Assembly: GCA_951406725.2 (NCBI GenBank) | Contig: OX597831.1 | Coordinates: 8,742,001-8,806,000, forward strand | DNA: 64,000 nucleotides | Source of the DNA: Octopus vulgaris | Taxonomy: Eukaryota | Direction: 5' to 3' | In this document: positions 15,271 to 30,149 of the stretch, piece after piece | Layout of the letters: every line of letters starts with the position of its first letter | Position numbering within the stretch: position 1 is the stretch's first letter | The notes under the pieces: generated by a model | Databases searched by the model: none | Told to the model about the DNA's origin: nothing | The model's input: only the letters and a program-made list of their open reading frames with translations | Translations under genes and position numbers: made by a program

Positions 15271-15293
15271 TATTCACTAATTATTTAATAATG

Positions 15294-15367
<74 letters not shown>

Positions 15368-15392
15368 GATAATAATAACGATAATAATAACG

Positions 15393-15423
<31 letters not shown>

Positions 15424-15811
15424 GAAAAAAAATGCTTTCTAATTGATGTATCAATACCGGCAGATGACAACGTGTCTCTAAAAGAAATGGAGAAACTCTC
15501 AAAATACAAAGACCTGGAAATAGAGGTAACTAGAATGTGGAATCTGAAAACAGAAACAATTCCTATCATAGTAGGTGCATTAGGCATGATAAAAAAATAT
15601 TCAGAAAAATACATAACAAAAACACCAGGACTTACAAACACATATAACATACAGAAAATTGCACTACTAGGCACTGCACACATCCTACACAGAACACTTT
15701 CCATACAATAACCATCAGAGCATCACAACAAATCACAGCACATACCCAAGGCACACAGAGCTGTGCTCGGTAGTGAAGTGAAAGCACGCTATAAAAATAA
15801 AAATAAAACTA

Positions 15812-15816
<5 letters not shown>
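15424..15816 (+). mobile_element. 5'-truncated R4/Dong-type LINE: RLE C-terminus plus 3' UTR, inserted in (TAA)n
   Basis: LIDVSIP..D.NVSLKEMEKLSKYKDLEIEVTRMW..IPIIVGALG..IQKIALLGTAHIL; (TAA)n on both sides. Confidence 0.85.
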
Positions 15817-15878
<62 letters not shown>

Positions 15879-15879
15879 G

Positions 15880-16258
15880 ATGTCGAAAAATAATAGTGGT
15901 GATGACGTTGGTGACGGAAGTTACCTTGCTTCGGTTTATGAGAGACGAGTTTTCGAAGAAACTCTGGTAGTAAGGGCAAAATGAAGCTGGACCTTTATGG
16001 GTAGGCATCCTCGTTCGGCAGTGGTTCAGTAAAGATGCAGACTGATGAATAGCTGTTATCCTTAAAAAAATCATCAGCAGATAATAGAGTAAGGAGGAGG
16101 AAGTAGACCAGGAGTTATGCAGAGCTACTTAGAAAGGGAAGCTAAAACAAAGGGGGCTATAGAAAACGAATGTTAACACTTTGAGTAGAGAAGGCTATGT
16201 TTAAAATGACTGGGCAGAGGTTAGTAGATCAAGCTAATGCTATTAGGAGAATGTTATG
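15880..16258 (+). mobile_element. 5' portion of an R4/Dong-type LINE (N-terminal domain remnant)
   Basis: ~16150-16250 reads RGYRKRMLTL*VEKAMFKMTGQRLVDQANAIRR, like the N-terminal GYRKRM..W..EQRL.DQ..IR motif of this group; starts directly after (TAA)n. Confidence 0.55.
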
Positions 16259-16265
16259 TCGCAAT

Positions 16266-16598
16266 GGAGGCGCAATGGCCCAGTGGTTAGGGCAGCGGGC
16301 TCGCGGTCATAGGATCGCGGTTTCGATTCCCAGACCGGGCGTTGTGAATGTTTATTGAGCGAAAACACCTAAAAAGCTCCACGAGGCTCCGGCAGGGGAT
16401 GGTGGTGATCCCTGCTGTACTCTGTCACCACAACTTTCTCTCACTCTTACTTCCTGTTTCTGTTGTACCTGTATTTCAAAGGGCCAGCCTTGTCACTCTC
16501 TCTGTGTCACGCTGAATATCCCTGAGAACTACGTTAAGGGTACACGTGTCTGTGGAGTGCTCAGCCACTTACACGTTAATTTCACGAGCAGGCTGTTC
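16266..16598 (+). mobile_element. tRNA-derived SINE, family A
   Basis: A box tggcccagtgg and B box gtttcgattcc; body shared with 63171-63485. Confidence 0.85.
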
Positions 16599-18152
16599 TA
16601 CTACGAAGAACCGCCGCCATCGATTCGTTTGATGAAAAAGTTAACGGACTTGGGGTCATTTTTTCTTAAAAAATGTTAGTGATATAACTTTGGGGAGTTT
16701 GACTCAAATTGGAATAGAAACCTGTTATTTTTATCACTATAGATTAACATTTTATTTAAACCAGCGCACATATTGACTCAACAAGAAGAGCCTCTATATT
16801 ATATCTTTATCTGCTAGAAATAGGAATTAAATCTACCTCACACATCATATTCTACTTAAATAAGAGAGACAAGATGCTTAATGTCTGACACCAGATATTC
16901 CTTTCTTACTTTAATTCAAACCACACTCTGGCCTCCCTCCAATCAGCTCGCACCCTTTCCAAATGTCTAGTAACCCACATACACTCTCTCACATTTACAA
17001 TCCCATGCTGCAGCAGCCAAATTTCTGCGTTCCACTACATGCTTCTGAACGCCCGACGTCTCTGCGATTCGCTGGGATTACCTCATCATCACTTTCCCCT
17101 TTATCAACTTATTTACTCATCATTTTTTATTTCCACTTACTCTGATCAACCAATACCCATATTTGACCCTTGAATGATCGTAGTCCGAAAAAAGAAAATG
17201 CGTACAGTAAGTTCTTTGGACATCGTTGTCTTGGAGTTCTAGAATTCATAGGGACAGTTACCAAGTTTGCATTGCGTACAAGTGACCGTGATCATAAGAT
17301 TCCAGCTGAACTGGACACCAGTTCGTCGCAGGGTGACTCATTTACAGGTGAGTGTAATGGAGCAATGTGAAATGAAGTGTTTAGTTCAAGAACACAACCC
17401 ACGATCTTGCTATCTTGTGTGCAACTCCTTAGCCACGAAGCCACGCTACGGGTCTTCCCTTCGTGGTCCAATGGGAGTAGCTCTTTCCTCTTCGAAGTAG
17501 TTCACTGTTGTTACTTCATTATCAACTTTCCGGCCATACACATTTAAACATATTCACTTCATTTTTGCCCATTTACCCTGATTAATCATTCGCCATACCC
17601 GACCGTCAAAAAACCGAAGTCCAAAGAGCCTGGCCTTTTCACTCCACACCGCACCGTATCTTATTGAGCCTTACACACTCTTATATGTAATCTAGTCATG
17701 TATACTCAATATCTGAAAATACTAAAAAGGAAACGACAGGATGGTCATGGTTAGAATGACTTCGATAATAGGTCTCTTCGATCATGACTGACGTAGCTGG
17801 GGAGAGTTAAACCGTAAAAGCAATTCAGATATCGATTTACACAAAGCATAAAGAGTTGATATAAGCGATCACACAATGTTAGTGATTTCATTATTTTTCT
17901 TCTGGTTATCGATTCCCAGGAAAGAATAAAAAGCAAAGCTGACCTTTTTGAGGTTCAGACAAAAAAACATTGCCGGAGAAATAAATATAGAAATAAAAAG
18001 ACACCCATGACATTTATTCCGATAGTTCTGAGTTTCAAGAAGTTCTCATCCTTCAACAATATAAATGTCGAATTAGTTCAAGTAAGTAATGACTGCGTGA
18101 TTAGAAAGTTCCTTTCACGAACATGTGTGTTCCAGTTTCGATACTACAGTGA

Positions 18153-18384
18153 AACGGCGAGCTGGCAGAAACGTTAGCACGCCGGGCGAAATGCTTAGCC
18201 GTATTTCGTCTGCCGTTACGTTCTGAGTTCAAATTCCGCCGGGGTCGACTTTGCCTTTCATCCTTTCGGGGTCGATGAAATAAGTAGCAGTTGCGTACTG
18301 GGATCGATGTAATCGACTTAATACGTTTTGACTGTCCTTCTTTGCCCCCTATGTGTTTAGCCCCTTGTGGGTAGTAAAGAAATA
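18153..18384 (+). mobile_element. Full-length SINE family B with 13-bp TSD, nested in an older SINE head
   Basis: TSD gatactacagtga at 18140-18152 and 18385-18397; B box gagttcaaattcc; core gcctttcatcctttcggggtcgat. Confidence 0.9.
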
Positions 18385-18496
18385 GATACTACAGTGAGAC
18401 ACCTTGAACAAACAAAACAAAACGTTTTTTACACCATAGACTCGAAATGGTAGCGTCATGCGAGGACAATCTGGAAGAGCGAATGTGTACTGAAGA

Positions 18497-18882
18497 TCTC
18501 TCTTTACTCTTTTACTCTTTTACTTGTTTCAGTCAATTGACTGCGGCCATGCTGGGGTACCGCCTTTGATCGAGCAACTCGACCCCGGGACTTATTCTTT
18601 GTAAGCCCAGTACTTATTTTATCGGTCTCTTCTGCCGAACCGCTTAGTTACGGGGACGTAAACACACCAGCATCGGTTGTCAAGCAATGCTAGGGGGACA
18701 AACACACACACATATATACGACAGGCTTCTTTCAGTTTCCGTCTACCAAATCCACTCACAAGGCATTGGTCGGCCCGTGGCTATAGCAGAAGACACTTGC
18801 TCAAGATGCCACGCAGTGGGACTGAACCCGGAACCATGTGGTTGGTTAGCAAGCCACTTACCACACAGCCACTCCTGCGCCT
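18497..18882 (-). mobile_element. Full-length SINE family C
   Basis: Minus-strand head aggcgcaggagtggctgtgtggtaag, B-box-like gggttcagtcc, short tandem (agagtaaa) tail; near-identical to 19823-20241. Confidence 0.9.
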
Positions 18883-18929
18883 GTTGACAATATATATATA
18901 TCTGTTGACAATATATATATATATATATC

Positions 18930-19354
18930 TTAGAGGAAAAAATCAAAACCAAACCAGAACGAGCATCTCATGTCATTTAGAATAATCTAAATTGAAGTCT
19001 TACAGCCATAACCCGAGTGATAGGTTAACATGGCCATACACTTGGTACCCTGTCATCAGAGACAAGGTATGAATATTTTAGACGGGGAAAAATTCACAGT
19101 TTACAAGGAATAAAATAGAAGAATAAAGAATACAAGTATTTGGGAGAATTTAGACAGGAGAATAATGTTCACAAGTCATCTTTTTCCAGAGAATGTATGT
19201 GGGTTGGTTGGTATTTCCATGAAGGTATAGGATTTTAGTTAAAATCTCAGGTAAATCCAGGCAGTATTTTGGCAGCATTCTGAATGTTGTACTCATATTG
19301 AAAATGTGTATATAGAAAGTATGATGGACATAAAAGGGTTTTGTGAGTGGGGGT

Positions 19355-19395
<41 letters not shown>

Positions 19396-19690
19396 AAGGA
19401 AGTAGAAAGAGAGAAAGAGAGAAGGAGAGTGGAGAGAGAGAAAGGAGAAAGAATAAAAATAAAATAAGATAGCAGTAACTGTAAAAATAATAAAAATAAA
19501 AATTAATAAAAGTGAAGGTAATGATATAGATAGGTCAGTATGGTATGGGGGGTTAGAGGTCAAATGTTAAAGTTTCAGTAGAGTTTGGGGTGGAAGACCA
19601 ATCTAGGTAAGGTTATCAGGACAATAGTTTATTGCAGATATTTAAAATTGTATTTCAAGCTTAATGGCTAGTAAATGATATGAGATAAAG
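18930..19690 (-). mobile_element. Possible Penelope-like remnant with decayed hammerhead motif
   Basis: (TA)-flanked; minus strand gtct-CTGATGA-caggg...gctGTA-agac (18997-19063) but GAAA is missing. Confidence 0.3.
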
Positions 19691-19718
19691 GATTAACAAT
19701 AGAAATTAACTCTCTCTC

Positions 19719-19770
<52 letters not shown>

Positions 19771-19822
19771 GGGTGGTGCAAAAGTAGGTATATGTTTATG
19801 AAAAAAAGAAAGTACGTAGAAT

Positions 19823-20040
19823 ACTCTCTTTACTCTTACTCTCTTTTACTTGTTTCAGTCATTTGACTGCGGCCATGCTGGAGCACCGCCTTTAGTCGAG
19901 CAAATCGACCCGGGACTTATTCTTTGTAAGCCCAGTACTTATTCTATCGGTCTCTTTTGCCAAACCGCTAAGTGACGGGGACGTAAACACACCAGCATCG
20001 GTTGTCAAGCAATGCTAGGGGGACAAACACAGACACACAA

Positions 20041-20081
<41 letters not shown>

Positions 20082-20241
20082 CGACAGGCTTCTTTCAGTT
20101 TCCGTCTACCAAATCCACTCACAAGGCATTAGTCAGCCCGGGCTATAGCAGAAGACACTTGTCCAAGATGCCTCGCAGTGGGACTGAACCCGGAACCATG
20201 TGGTTGGTTAGCAAGCTACTTACCACACAGCCACTCCTGCC
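19823..20241 (-). mobile_element. Full-length SINE family C with internal (CA)/(TA) tract
   Basis: Collinear with 18497-18882. Confidence 0.9.
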
Positions 20242-20251
20242 AAAAAAATGA

Positions 20252-20512
20252 AAAGGTTATGAAGACCAGCAGTCGCCCATGCATACCAGCCTCACCTCTT
20301 CCCGCTATCGATGTTATCCAAAAGAAAGGCAACGGCCGATGCAGCTTGGCACCTGTGACGTTGCAACTCATTTCTACAGATGAGTGAACTGGAGCAACGT
20401 GAAATAAAGTGTCTTGCTCAAGAACACAACACGCAGCCCGGTCCTTGAATCGAACTCACAATCTCACGATCGTAAGCTCGACGCTCTAACCACTGAGACA
20501 TGCAGTTTCACA
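20252..20512 (-). mobile_element. tRNA-derived SINE family D
   Basis: Minus strand ctcagtggttagagcg..gagttcgattc, then ttgtgttcttgagcaagacactt and tttcacgttgctccag. Confidence 0.8.
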
Positions 20513-20691
20513 TATATTCCGCCAATCTACATATCTAATATTTATTAGTAACAGGGGTACAATCTCACCAATTTGTAGGATGGGTATAGACGCTTAGATC
20601 GAACTTGTAGTAGTTTTTATCCCACTGGAAGAATCAGATTATATTGGGTAATGATATCACATTGGTATAATTGGATCTCAGTATGATATCC

Positions 20692-20729
20692 TTTTCTGAA
20701 GAAGAGGTTGTACCCCAGAAATATCAAAA
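20692..20729 (+). ncRNA. Degenerate minimal type I hammerhead motif
   Basis: tttt-CTGAAGA-agaggttgtacccca-GAAA-ta-TC-aaaa; weak stems. Confidence 0.35.
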
Positions 20730-20780
20730 TACATGATAAAATTATATAAATCATTGATTTATTTCTTATAACTTGCATTG

Positions 20781-20821
<41 letters not shown>

Positions 20822-21657
20822 GAATTCGGGCATCAATATTTTCTTAGCTAACTTTTTAGGTATACCCCAGATTCGGCAGTTCTCCATCTAATTGTGGTTA
20901 CGATAAAAGACATCTTGCACAAAGTGTGCCCTCTTTAACTATACAACATTACAAAGAAACTTGACAGCTTTTTTTCTTCTTGCACCTCCATTGACCACTC
21001 ATAACTTTTGCCCTGTGATACTTAAAACATATACAGTAACGATCTAAAACTAAAAAATCAATGCACAACAATATCAGATGCTTTTTTCGTTATCTCCTCA
21101 ACTCCTTTCACGATCATTTTTATCTGATAATAATCGAACTCTAAACATTTTCATCGAAGTATTGATTGATTCGTCCACAGTCAATAAAAAATTTCGCTAT
21201 TTCAAAAGTTTAGATTGTGTCCCGAGAGCATTGTGCACAACGAATACAATAACGATATATTTTAAGCATAATTTCGATTTGTGTTCTTTACGGTACGAAG
21301 CTATTTCTGTGTAAAGTTCGCTTAGAGCTGAGATTACAGGATTGACCCTTCGTTTGGAAAAAGCAAAAGATTTTTATCTCTCTTAACCGAAAGTCAATAT
21401 GCTCTTCTCCTCGCCGCACAATCCTTTATAGAAACTCACTAACTTTACTTTACAATATTCGTCGATGCCTATCATAACTATTTTCTCCAGACTTTCATTT
21501 TTTTTGCTTATACTTTTTCGCTGGTTAATCAAAAACAATGGAATACAACCAATGTCTGTTATTGGCGCTTACTTCATACGGATATACTTTCTTACGGTTT
21601 CAATTCAAACCACTGCAAGGGCGCTGCTAATTCACAGCCATTATTCTAATCCAATTT

Positions 21658-22800
21658 TGGCGGCGAGGTGGCGGAATTGTTAGCACGTTAGACAAAATGC
21701 ATAGTGGCATTTTTCAGGGTCTTTACATTCTGAGTGAAATTCTTCATTTCGAGTTCAATATAATAAGTACCAGTTGAACACTGGGGGCGATGCAATCGAC
21801 TTACTACCCCCATCCCACTAAAGTTTACTGGCTTCGCGACAAAATTAAATAGAATTAAGATAATCCTCTGTAATCACGCCAAAGGCAAGGAGTTATTCGG
21901 TACACAACTGGCACTTAAATTTTATCGACCTAGAAGGGCTGAAAAATAAATTAACCTCGGCGAAACTTGAACTCACAACATACACAATTAGAAGAACTAC
22001 CACTAAGAATTTTTCAATTATCATAAATAACGGCATGATAATTACCTATGGCCTAATCAGATCATCGACGACTAAACCGGCTGCCACATCTCAGGACTGA
22101 AATCACAGTGGATCGACAAATGCTCCAGCTGAGGCTCTTTCTAATTAATATTCGTTCGGTCAAGATGCCTATTGGCCAGAAGAGATAACGAAGAAACGAA
22201 ATAACTAACTGAAAATGAAAAGTAGAGTTACAGATGTCTCGGAGAGGAAGCGTACGAGAAGAACGGATATCGATGATTGAAGGTTAATCAGTCGATCCAA
22301 TGGGAGAAGAGAGCTTATAAAAGTAAGGTCGGGGTTGGGGTGGGTCTGAGGGATGTAAAGGCGTTGAGATGAAGGCCCGAACTTCTTGAAATTTACGGGT
22401 GTCCAGTATGCAGCACTTTTAGATTGGCGGCACTTGCACAAGCAAGTTGTTCTTAAGCCTTTCTATCAATAATAATATTACAAATCCCAAGGGTTAAAAA
22501 TTTACTTTCCATCCTACCATATCTGATAAAAACTGCATCAGTCAAAGTCGGGTTCTATTTACGCTTCTATGCAATTGCTACAAATTGGTAACATTGTACT
22601 AAGATTAGAAACGCAAAATTTTTAGGCCGACTGGTAAAACGTTTCTGCGTTCAAATTCCCCTGTGTTCAATGTCACTTCTCCTTCCAGGGTCGGTAAACG
22701 TGATACAAGCTAAATTTAAAGAGCATGAGATATTGAAGATATCGAAACTAAAACCAATCTATTTATCGTCATCAGCATCAACACCGTTATTATGATTATG

Positions 22801-22860
<60 letters not shown>

Positions 22861-23800
22861 GTTGTTGTTGTTATTATTCTGGCATGCTAGTAGAATCGTT
22901 AGCACGCCTAACAAACAGCTTAGCGGTATTTCCTCATGCTTTACGTTCTGAGTTCAAATTCTGCCGATGCCAGCTTTGCTTTTCATCCTTACGGGGTTGA
23001 TAAAACAAATACCAGTAGAGTACTGGATTCGATGCAATCAACTAACCCTTCCCCTCAAATTTCAAGCCTTATGCCTATAGTAGAGAGGATTATTGTTTCC
23101 AAGGCAGCGCGCTGGCTGAATCGTTACCAGGTCGGACAAAATGTTTAGCGACAATTCTAGCTCTTTACGTTGTGATTTCAAATCCCGCCAAGGCAAACCT
23201 TGTCTCTCATCTAGTCTGCTACTGGCGTCGATGTAATGGACATGAAGAATTACTGTCTCATCAGAATTCTGCCAAAAATTTGAAATCATCACTTTTATAA
23301 TTCTATTGTTATAATTCTATTAACGCCTCGGATACTTTATCCGAATATTAAACCGGCTTCAGTATATGAGTGATGCTTTATTTTGTTGTCCACTTGAGGA
23401 AGAAAAGTAAAGTTGACCTCGACGGGAATTGAACTTAGGATGTTAGGAATAGTTACTCAATAAGTTATGTCATTTTGTTCGGCGCCCTAACTATACTGTC
23501 AACATAGCTTTGAATTCAGATACGATAAAAGCGTAACGCAATACGGCATATCTGATGCTCTAGCAATTCTGCCAGTTTACAGATTTGAGCTCAAAGCAAA
23601 GAGGAAATCAAAGCAGAGGGAAACTTTGCCGAAACTCTTGACTTCTAACGTTGATACAAATAACCACCATTTAGTTTAAAGGAGTGGTGGATATTGCTGT
23701 CGATTAAACCTCCGCAGTACCTGCTAACTACTTATTTTATCGACCCCGTGATGTAAGAATGTCAAAGTCGCCTCCAGTGGGATTTGAACTTAAAACATTA
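21658..23800. mobile_element. Cluster of decayed SINE family B copies on both strands, with a possible I-group LINE 3' end at ~22050-22440 (-)
   Basis: Repeated gttagcacg / gagttcaaattc / tttcatcctt..ggggt.gataaa motifs at ~21660, 22880, 23100 (+) and ~21900, 23400, 23740 (-); the LINE call rests only on ILDTRKFQEVR. Confidence 0.6.
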
Positions 23801-24283
23801 AGGTACGTAGCTAAACTCTCACAGGGCATTCAGTCGGGTGCTTACGTGTTTTCTACCGCAAGGAATTTCTAATCATTAAAATATTAAACACATTTGTTAT
23901 CAGAATTCCCTTTAGAAACTACAAATTTATTAACTTTCTTATTCTCAGCCAAGAATAACCATTCTATATTTCGAAATACAACTTCAATCTCCCCAACTAA
24001 TCGGATTCTTCAGAGAATTCTTTTAAACCGTAAATGTTATTGTTTACCAAATATTGATTTATTTCGAATTGTTTATTATTTAATATTCATTCGTTTAAAT
24101 ATTTTTTTACAGGAATGTGATTTCAGACTTTGATTAGAAGAAAATATAAACAAAAAAACCAAAAACCAAAAAATAAAATAAAAGATTTTCTCATGAAATT
24201 TAAATATGAATTTCATATGATTCGATATAATTCGGAATTTTATCATAAATGCACACACACACACACACGCACACACACACACG

Positions 24284-24316
<33 letters not shown>

Positions 24317-24384
24317 GCACATACACACACACATATATATGCACATACACACACGCACACATATATATATACACACGCCCACAC

Positions 24385-24447
<63 letters not shown>

Positions 24448-24559
24448 CAGGTATGTATGTATGCATGTGCGTGTGTGAGTGTGTGTATGCGTGTGTATGT
24501 CTACGTGTGTGTGTATATATGTATATATGTATATATGTATGTATATATATATCTATATT

Positions 24560-24632
<73 letters not shown>

Positions 24633-24688
24633 AATGTGTTTATTATATTAAAAGTTAACAGCAGATAATATATATATATCTATATTTG

Positions 24689-24764
<76 letters not shown>

Positions 24765-27185
24765 TGTGTGTTAAATGTGTTTATTATATTAAAAGTTAAC
24801 AGCAGATAATAGAAGATAACCAGGAGAACGCCGCCGCCGCCGTCATGGAACCGAGCAAGTCACAAAATCCTCGTTGATATTTGATTAGCTTTTCTCGGTC
24901 GTTGTCTTCCAGCTTCTACTGTTTGTGTTAAATAAGCGTGTATTGCGTATGTGATATATTACTGCCTGATATATTGACAGAAGGCCAAAAGTGGTAAGCA
25001 ACGACTGAAAACAACACAGTTCCACTACAAATATAAATCCACACGGGCACACACACAGACAGACACACAGACAGATAGACACACAGACTGACACACACAC
25101 AGATAGACACACACAGAGACAGACAGACACACACAAACACACCACACACACACACAAATGAATATACAAACACAAGCATACGCACATTGACAAATGTTGG
25201 TATGCACTTGCGTAAAAGCAGTCACACGAACACTCATATGTACATGCAAACCAAGTTAGACATATCCACATAAAGCTAATTATACACAGCCACGCATTTA
25301 GATTTCTCACATTCGATAAAGGCTAGAGATCGATAGTACGAGGAAAGGGATATAAACAGTTTAATCGAACTGAAGTCTATTACTGATTGGTGAGTGCTGT
25401 TTTCCATAGATAAGAGATTCTTGTTACCTGCTTCGAGGTTGGGAAATCTAAATTGTCCCTGGCAATTTGTTGTGTCTGAGGTGTAGATAAGAAACTCAAT
25501 TTACAAAGACCGGGTTTACAGTTCCGTCCCACGGCGTGGCACCTTGGATACGCAACTTCTATTAGTGCTCCGGGTCAACCAATGCTGAGTGAATTTGCTG
25601 GAAGGAAACTACGAGAAGACTGTTGTATACACACGATAGTTAGGAGATACGATAGTTTGATCAAAAGAACCGGCTATTGCAATCAAAAATAAATAAATAC
25701 ACACACATATACATACACATGCATGTGTGTATGTTCTGTGTGCATGTATGTATGTGTGTCTTCTTTGTGTCAAAGTTTGTGTCCTGTTCCCCACCGCTTG
25801 TCAACCGGCGTTTTCTTTGTTTACGTTCACGTAACCTTGATGTTGAACCCTGAGAAAAAGGAGCAAGTATCAGGCTGATGCTATAAGCACTGGTGTCGAT
25901 TTTTCAACGAAACCCTTTTCAAGAAGTACTGAAGTACACGATAAAAGGTAGTATAAGCGTGGACCTGTGTTTGTTTTATTCGAGTGGAAGGGACGAAGCC
26001 CGTGACATTTCCTGGTTCTTCGAGACTGATAAGTTTGGTGTATCGTTAATGGTCTGTTGAAAATATTGCAGGGCAACGTCTGCTGCCAAAATATGAGCCA
26101 GGAGAATATGCCAGTGGGAAGCAATGTACTGGGAAGGAAGGATTTTGTGATGTGCCGACGAGGATGAACATATGGGAGGGTAATGTGAGAAGAAGAGGCG
26201 AGTGGGTCAGGGGTGCGTGAGTGAATCGGATACGAGATCAGTTAGGTTCGTGCAACGGAGGTCATTATAATGACAAAGAAAAGGACAAGCAGATGAGGTA
26301 GTGTACTTGTGGGCCAAAGGCCAGAATATGTCTATCTGTGATTCCAGTCAGTCACGTGATGTTACTTTAGATGCAGCCTACGATGTGTGCGGTTGTAATT
26401 TCGAATCTCCTGGTTTCACGTACTAACATAGTGCGTGCTATCTTCAGCTGGTATTTCTTGATACAATCCTGGGTCAACCACATCCTGCATATCCCTGTTT
26501 CATTTTTGAGAAACTGAAATTTCGATAATTCTCTCACTTAGTGATTTCGAAAATAATTTTCAATTAACGCTAATGATGTTGAATCTCGTGATATTTGCTA
26601 AATTTGTTTTTTGTTTCTTTTACGTTCACTACATCGTTGCTATTATGCAAAAGTGCCGTAAATCCAAAACGTTACTTTTTCAGAAATGAAAAAAATAGTT
26701 TCACCATTTCATAGCAAAACCGTTTGACGACACCTTGACAGTTTTTGATATCTTGGCATCTTAAGCAGCTGGAGATACGATAGTTTGATCAAAAGAACCA
26801 GCTATTGCGAGCAAAAATAAATACTGGCAAAACCTCCAACGCCGAGAGTTTCATTTAATAAGGACCACTGCTCGAAACACTTGACCTTCGAGTCATTTTG
26901 AAATTTCTGCCGATTAATAACAAAAAATAAGCATGAATGAAAGTCTATATATTTATACAGGTATTCCGAACCATAGGAGAGTTGCTTTCATTGCAGTTTT
27001 GCTGTAACGTGGAGTCTTGTAACGTGAAATGTATTTTCTCATTGAATTCCATTGTCATTGGCTTCCAAGTAAAATAGAAATAAATCGTAGAAATAGGGCA
27101 CACAATATGTAACTCCACGTAACCGCAATACATAATATGTATATGTATGTAAGTGAATGTGTTCCTGTGTGCATATGTATGTATG

Positions 27186-27237
<52 letters not shown>

Positions 27238-28459
27238 TATGTGTGTGAAAGAGACAGAGCTCAGTGCTCTTTATGCAGAGACATCTCTCTCCAACCACCA
27301 CGACCAACCACTGAAGCTGTAGCAGAATTTACAACTTTGTTTATATTACAAAACTTCATATTTCGTTTCAGTTAATATTTGCAAGAACAAAAAAGACACC
27401 ATTAACAAACTGGTCATCATATGATGCTCTGGGGAACAGTTTCAAATCGCGCCACATAATCACATTTGCTAAGTTCACGTCTCATTGGTAATGCGTGGAT
27501 GACACTGTTTTACAGCGAGATTTACTGCCGCCATTGCCTATGTCTGTATCTCCTTTAGTCATAAACACTTTGACCTTTGAATGAAGCAGTGTTAGTGAGT
27601 AAAACTTCCGTTCAATGAAAATTTTAGTCAGCCTCCGTTTAACTCTGGTCGAAAAGATTCATGAAAACATCTTTGCAGAACTTCACATCTTGTGCTTTCT
27701 TTTAACACATATCTAGGACTCCATTGTCCAATATGATTTTCCTTTTTAAGAAAATAAGCTGTAATTTGAGAGAGATTAGGATTGCTGTCTCCTGATGATG
27801 GTCTCACTAGGTAGATACTGCCGTATTGGATCGTTAATTTCTTATATTGAAGCGGTTTTATTTTGCTTTTATATCGCTATAACGTATTTTATCCCTCTCT
27901 TTTTTGCCGAACAGCTAGCTTACAGTAGAAGACAAGGGTCAAAGTTGTTGTATAGTGGGACTGAACCCGAAACAACATGGTTGCAAAGAGAATTTGGCAT
28001 GTTTTAACCATTTTGAATAGATTTTAAGGTCCGTAACTTTGGCTGTTTTGTGAAGGGTCATAATCAATAATGGCTGTAAATCAAGATACCGCATGTTGTT
28101 TCTATAGATTTCAATTCCTTTTTCTAAAATACTTGAAAATTTTTGTTGGTCCCAAGTATAAAAGTATTTATTTGACTATAAATCTTCCTTTAACAATTCT
28201 TGGAAAACGAATTCATATAATTTATATCTTGACTGTAAAGCATTAAAATTTGCAGAAATCATTTGTGAACATCAACTGAACCACTTAAACGCACTCACAC
28301 ACCACATACACATATACACACACACATACATACATACACACACAGATACTCAAACACTTTGAGACGCAGACAAGCGGACAGAGAATAGCCACAGACACAA
28401 AAACGAAAATGCACACACACACACGCACACACACACACACACATACACACACACACACA

Positions 28460-28498
<39 letters not shown>

Positions 28499-30149
28499 AC
28501 ACACACGCACAGTAATTATATTCAATTTGAATGTAGAACGTACAGTAAAAATAGGGCAAAATAACTTTTGTTATTATCTCTATCAAAACTAACCACCCTT
28601 AAAAGATAGCCAATAGAAACGCCCAGTTGAATCACATGACGTTCAACATTAAGCGACCACAGTGTGAGACTGTGAAATTGTTGAAAGTTTTGTTGAAGTT
28701 ATCTTTCTCCTTCATTATCTCCATTAATGTCGAATATTTTGAAATAATGAAGACTATCGTACAAGCTATAAATAGAACACCCTCCCCACACACAATATGG
28801 CTACTGACCCGTCTTAAATCAATACCAGTGGGACTTGCTTTATAAAAATGAAATCGAATTGGATTTTTTTTCGGCATTGTCAAAATGTACAAATTATTAT
28901 TAATTTAATTATTAGTAATAAAATTTTATTTGTTTTGGAATTACACGTTGAAAAAGTAAAGCCTGGTGCCGTCTGAGAGATCAGGTGAAAGATGAAAAGC
29001 AGCAATAACTTGGTCAGTTGTTAAATAACTTTGATAGTAAAGAATATTTGGTGATATTTCTTTATAAAATTTCAGATTTTAATCAAATATATTTTCGTAA
29101 TACAAGTTTTATTTTGATTGCAGACACAAAAAAAGAAAAATGTTTTTCATTTATTTTGAAAAGATTTCTTTCTTTTTTGTTTAAATAAATTTTAACGAGA
29201 CTCGAAGGTTCATCGTTGTTAGAATCTGGCTAACAAATTATATTTTCGAAAAAGAAAGAAAAAAAGAATCCAAAATAAAAGGTAAAAAAAAAGTAGCAAG
29301 ACAAAAAGAGGAAAGAGAAACAATGAATGAAAGGTCTTTTATTAAAAGAATCAGTGAAAATATTGATTTATTTTCTCTTATAAATATAATCATGAAAAGT
29401 TATGGACAAGATCAATAGTTGGTATTATTTTTATTCTGAAGTAATTTATTAAACCAAATTGGAAACATTAAGGAATATCCGAAATGAGGTCTTATTTACC
29501 GCCCATTCTTCTCAGAGTAAAGACATATTCTTTTTATCAAGCTGTATTTTACTACTGAGTCTTGACGAATTCACAATCAATAAATATTATGAAATATTTC
29601 TTATTTTTCGGAACAAGTTACAAAAACATTATTTTAGAGAACATGAAAAAAGAAGTGTCGTCGTATGCTATATAAACCATTAAATTGGTTTTAATATTTC
29701 GATAAAAACATAAAACTATGGAATCGTTATGATGAAATATTTACATAAACAACTTTATCGACATCGTCGTAGGTTTTACCATATTTTTGCGTAGAACAAT
29801 TCCTTTGACGCAACTACAGTCACAAAATATTTTTAATTGATGAAAAAAACAAAAGGTTTTACTAATTGGTGAAACTAGAAACAATATAAGTTTATGCCAA
29901 CCGTTTTTTTTTCCAAGCAATTTTTCTATATTGATTCCAGTCAAAATACATTAAACATAAGAACAGGTTGAGTTCACAGAGGAATAAGCACTATCTGAGT
30001 GTAAACATATTGATTTTATGAGCTTGATACTTTTTTTTTTAAAGTGTAACGTTTAAAGAGTGCAATAGGATCATAAAAGAATTGTTTAAGAGGGACATTT
30101 GACAACAATTACTTGCAATATGGTCTTTATACTTTCACCGAAAAGTCAT

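Noticed and set aside
16266-16340. tRNA-like sequence
   Set aside because: Has A and B boxes but continues into a SINE body shared with another copy; a SINE head, not a tRNA gene
21050-21600. Possible DDE transposase remnant on the minus strand (GIDE / TVDE motifs)
   Set aside because: Motifs are too short and frames too broken to assign without a search
24545-24810. Tandem duplication of a TA/TG block with a ~40-bp unique tail (similar case at 14230-14460)
   Set aside because: Ordinary slippage duplication or assembly redundancy; not a CRISPR-like array
24830-24877. Kozak-like gccgccgccgccgtcATGG
   Set aside because: Frame stops after 10 codons; explained by a short GCC repeat
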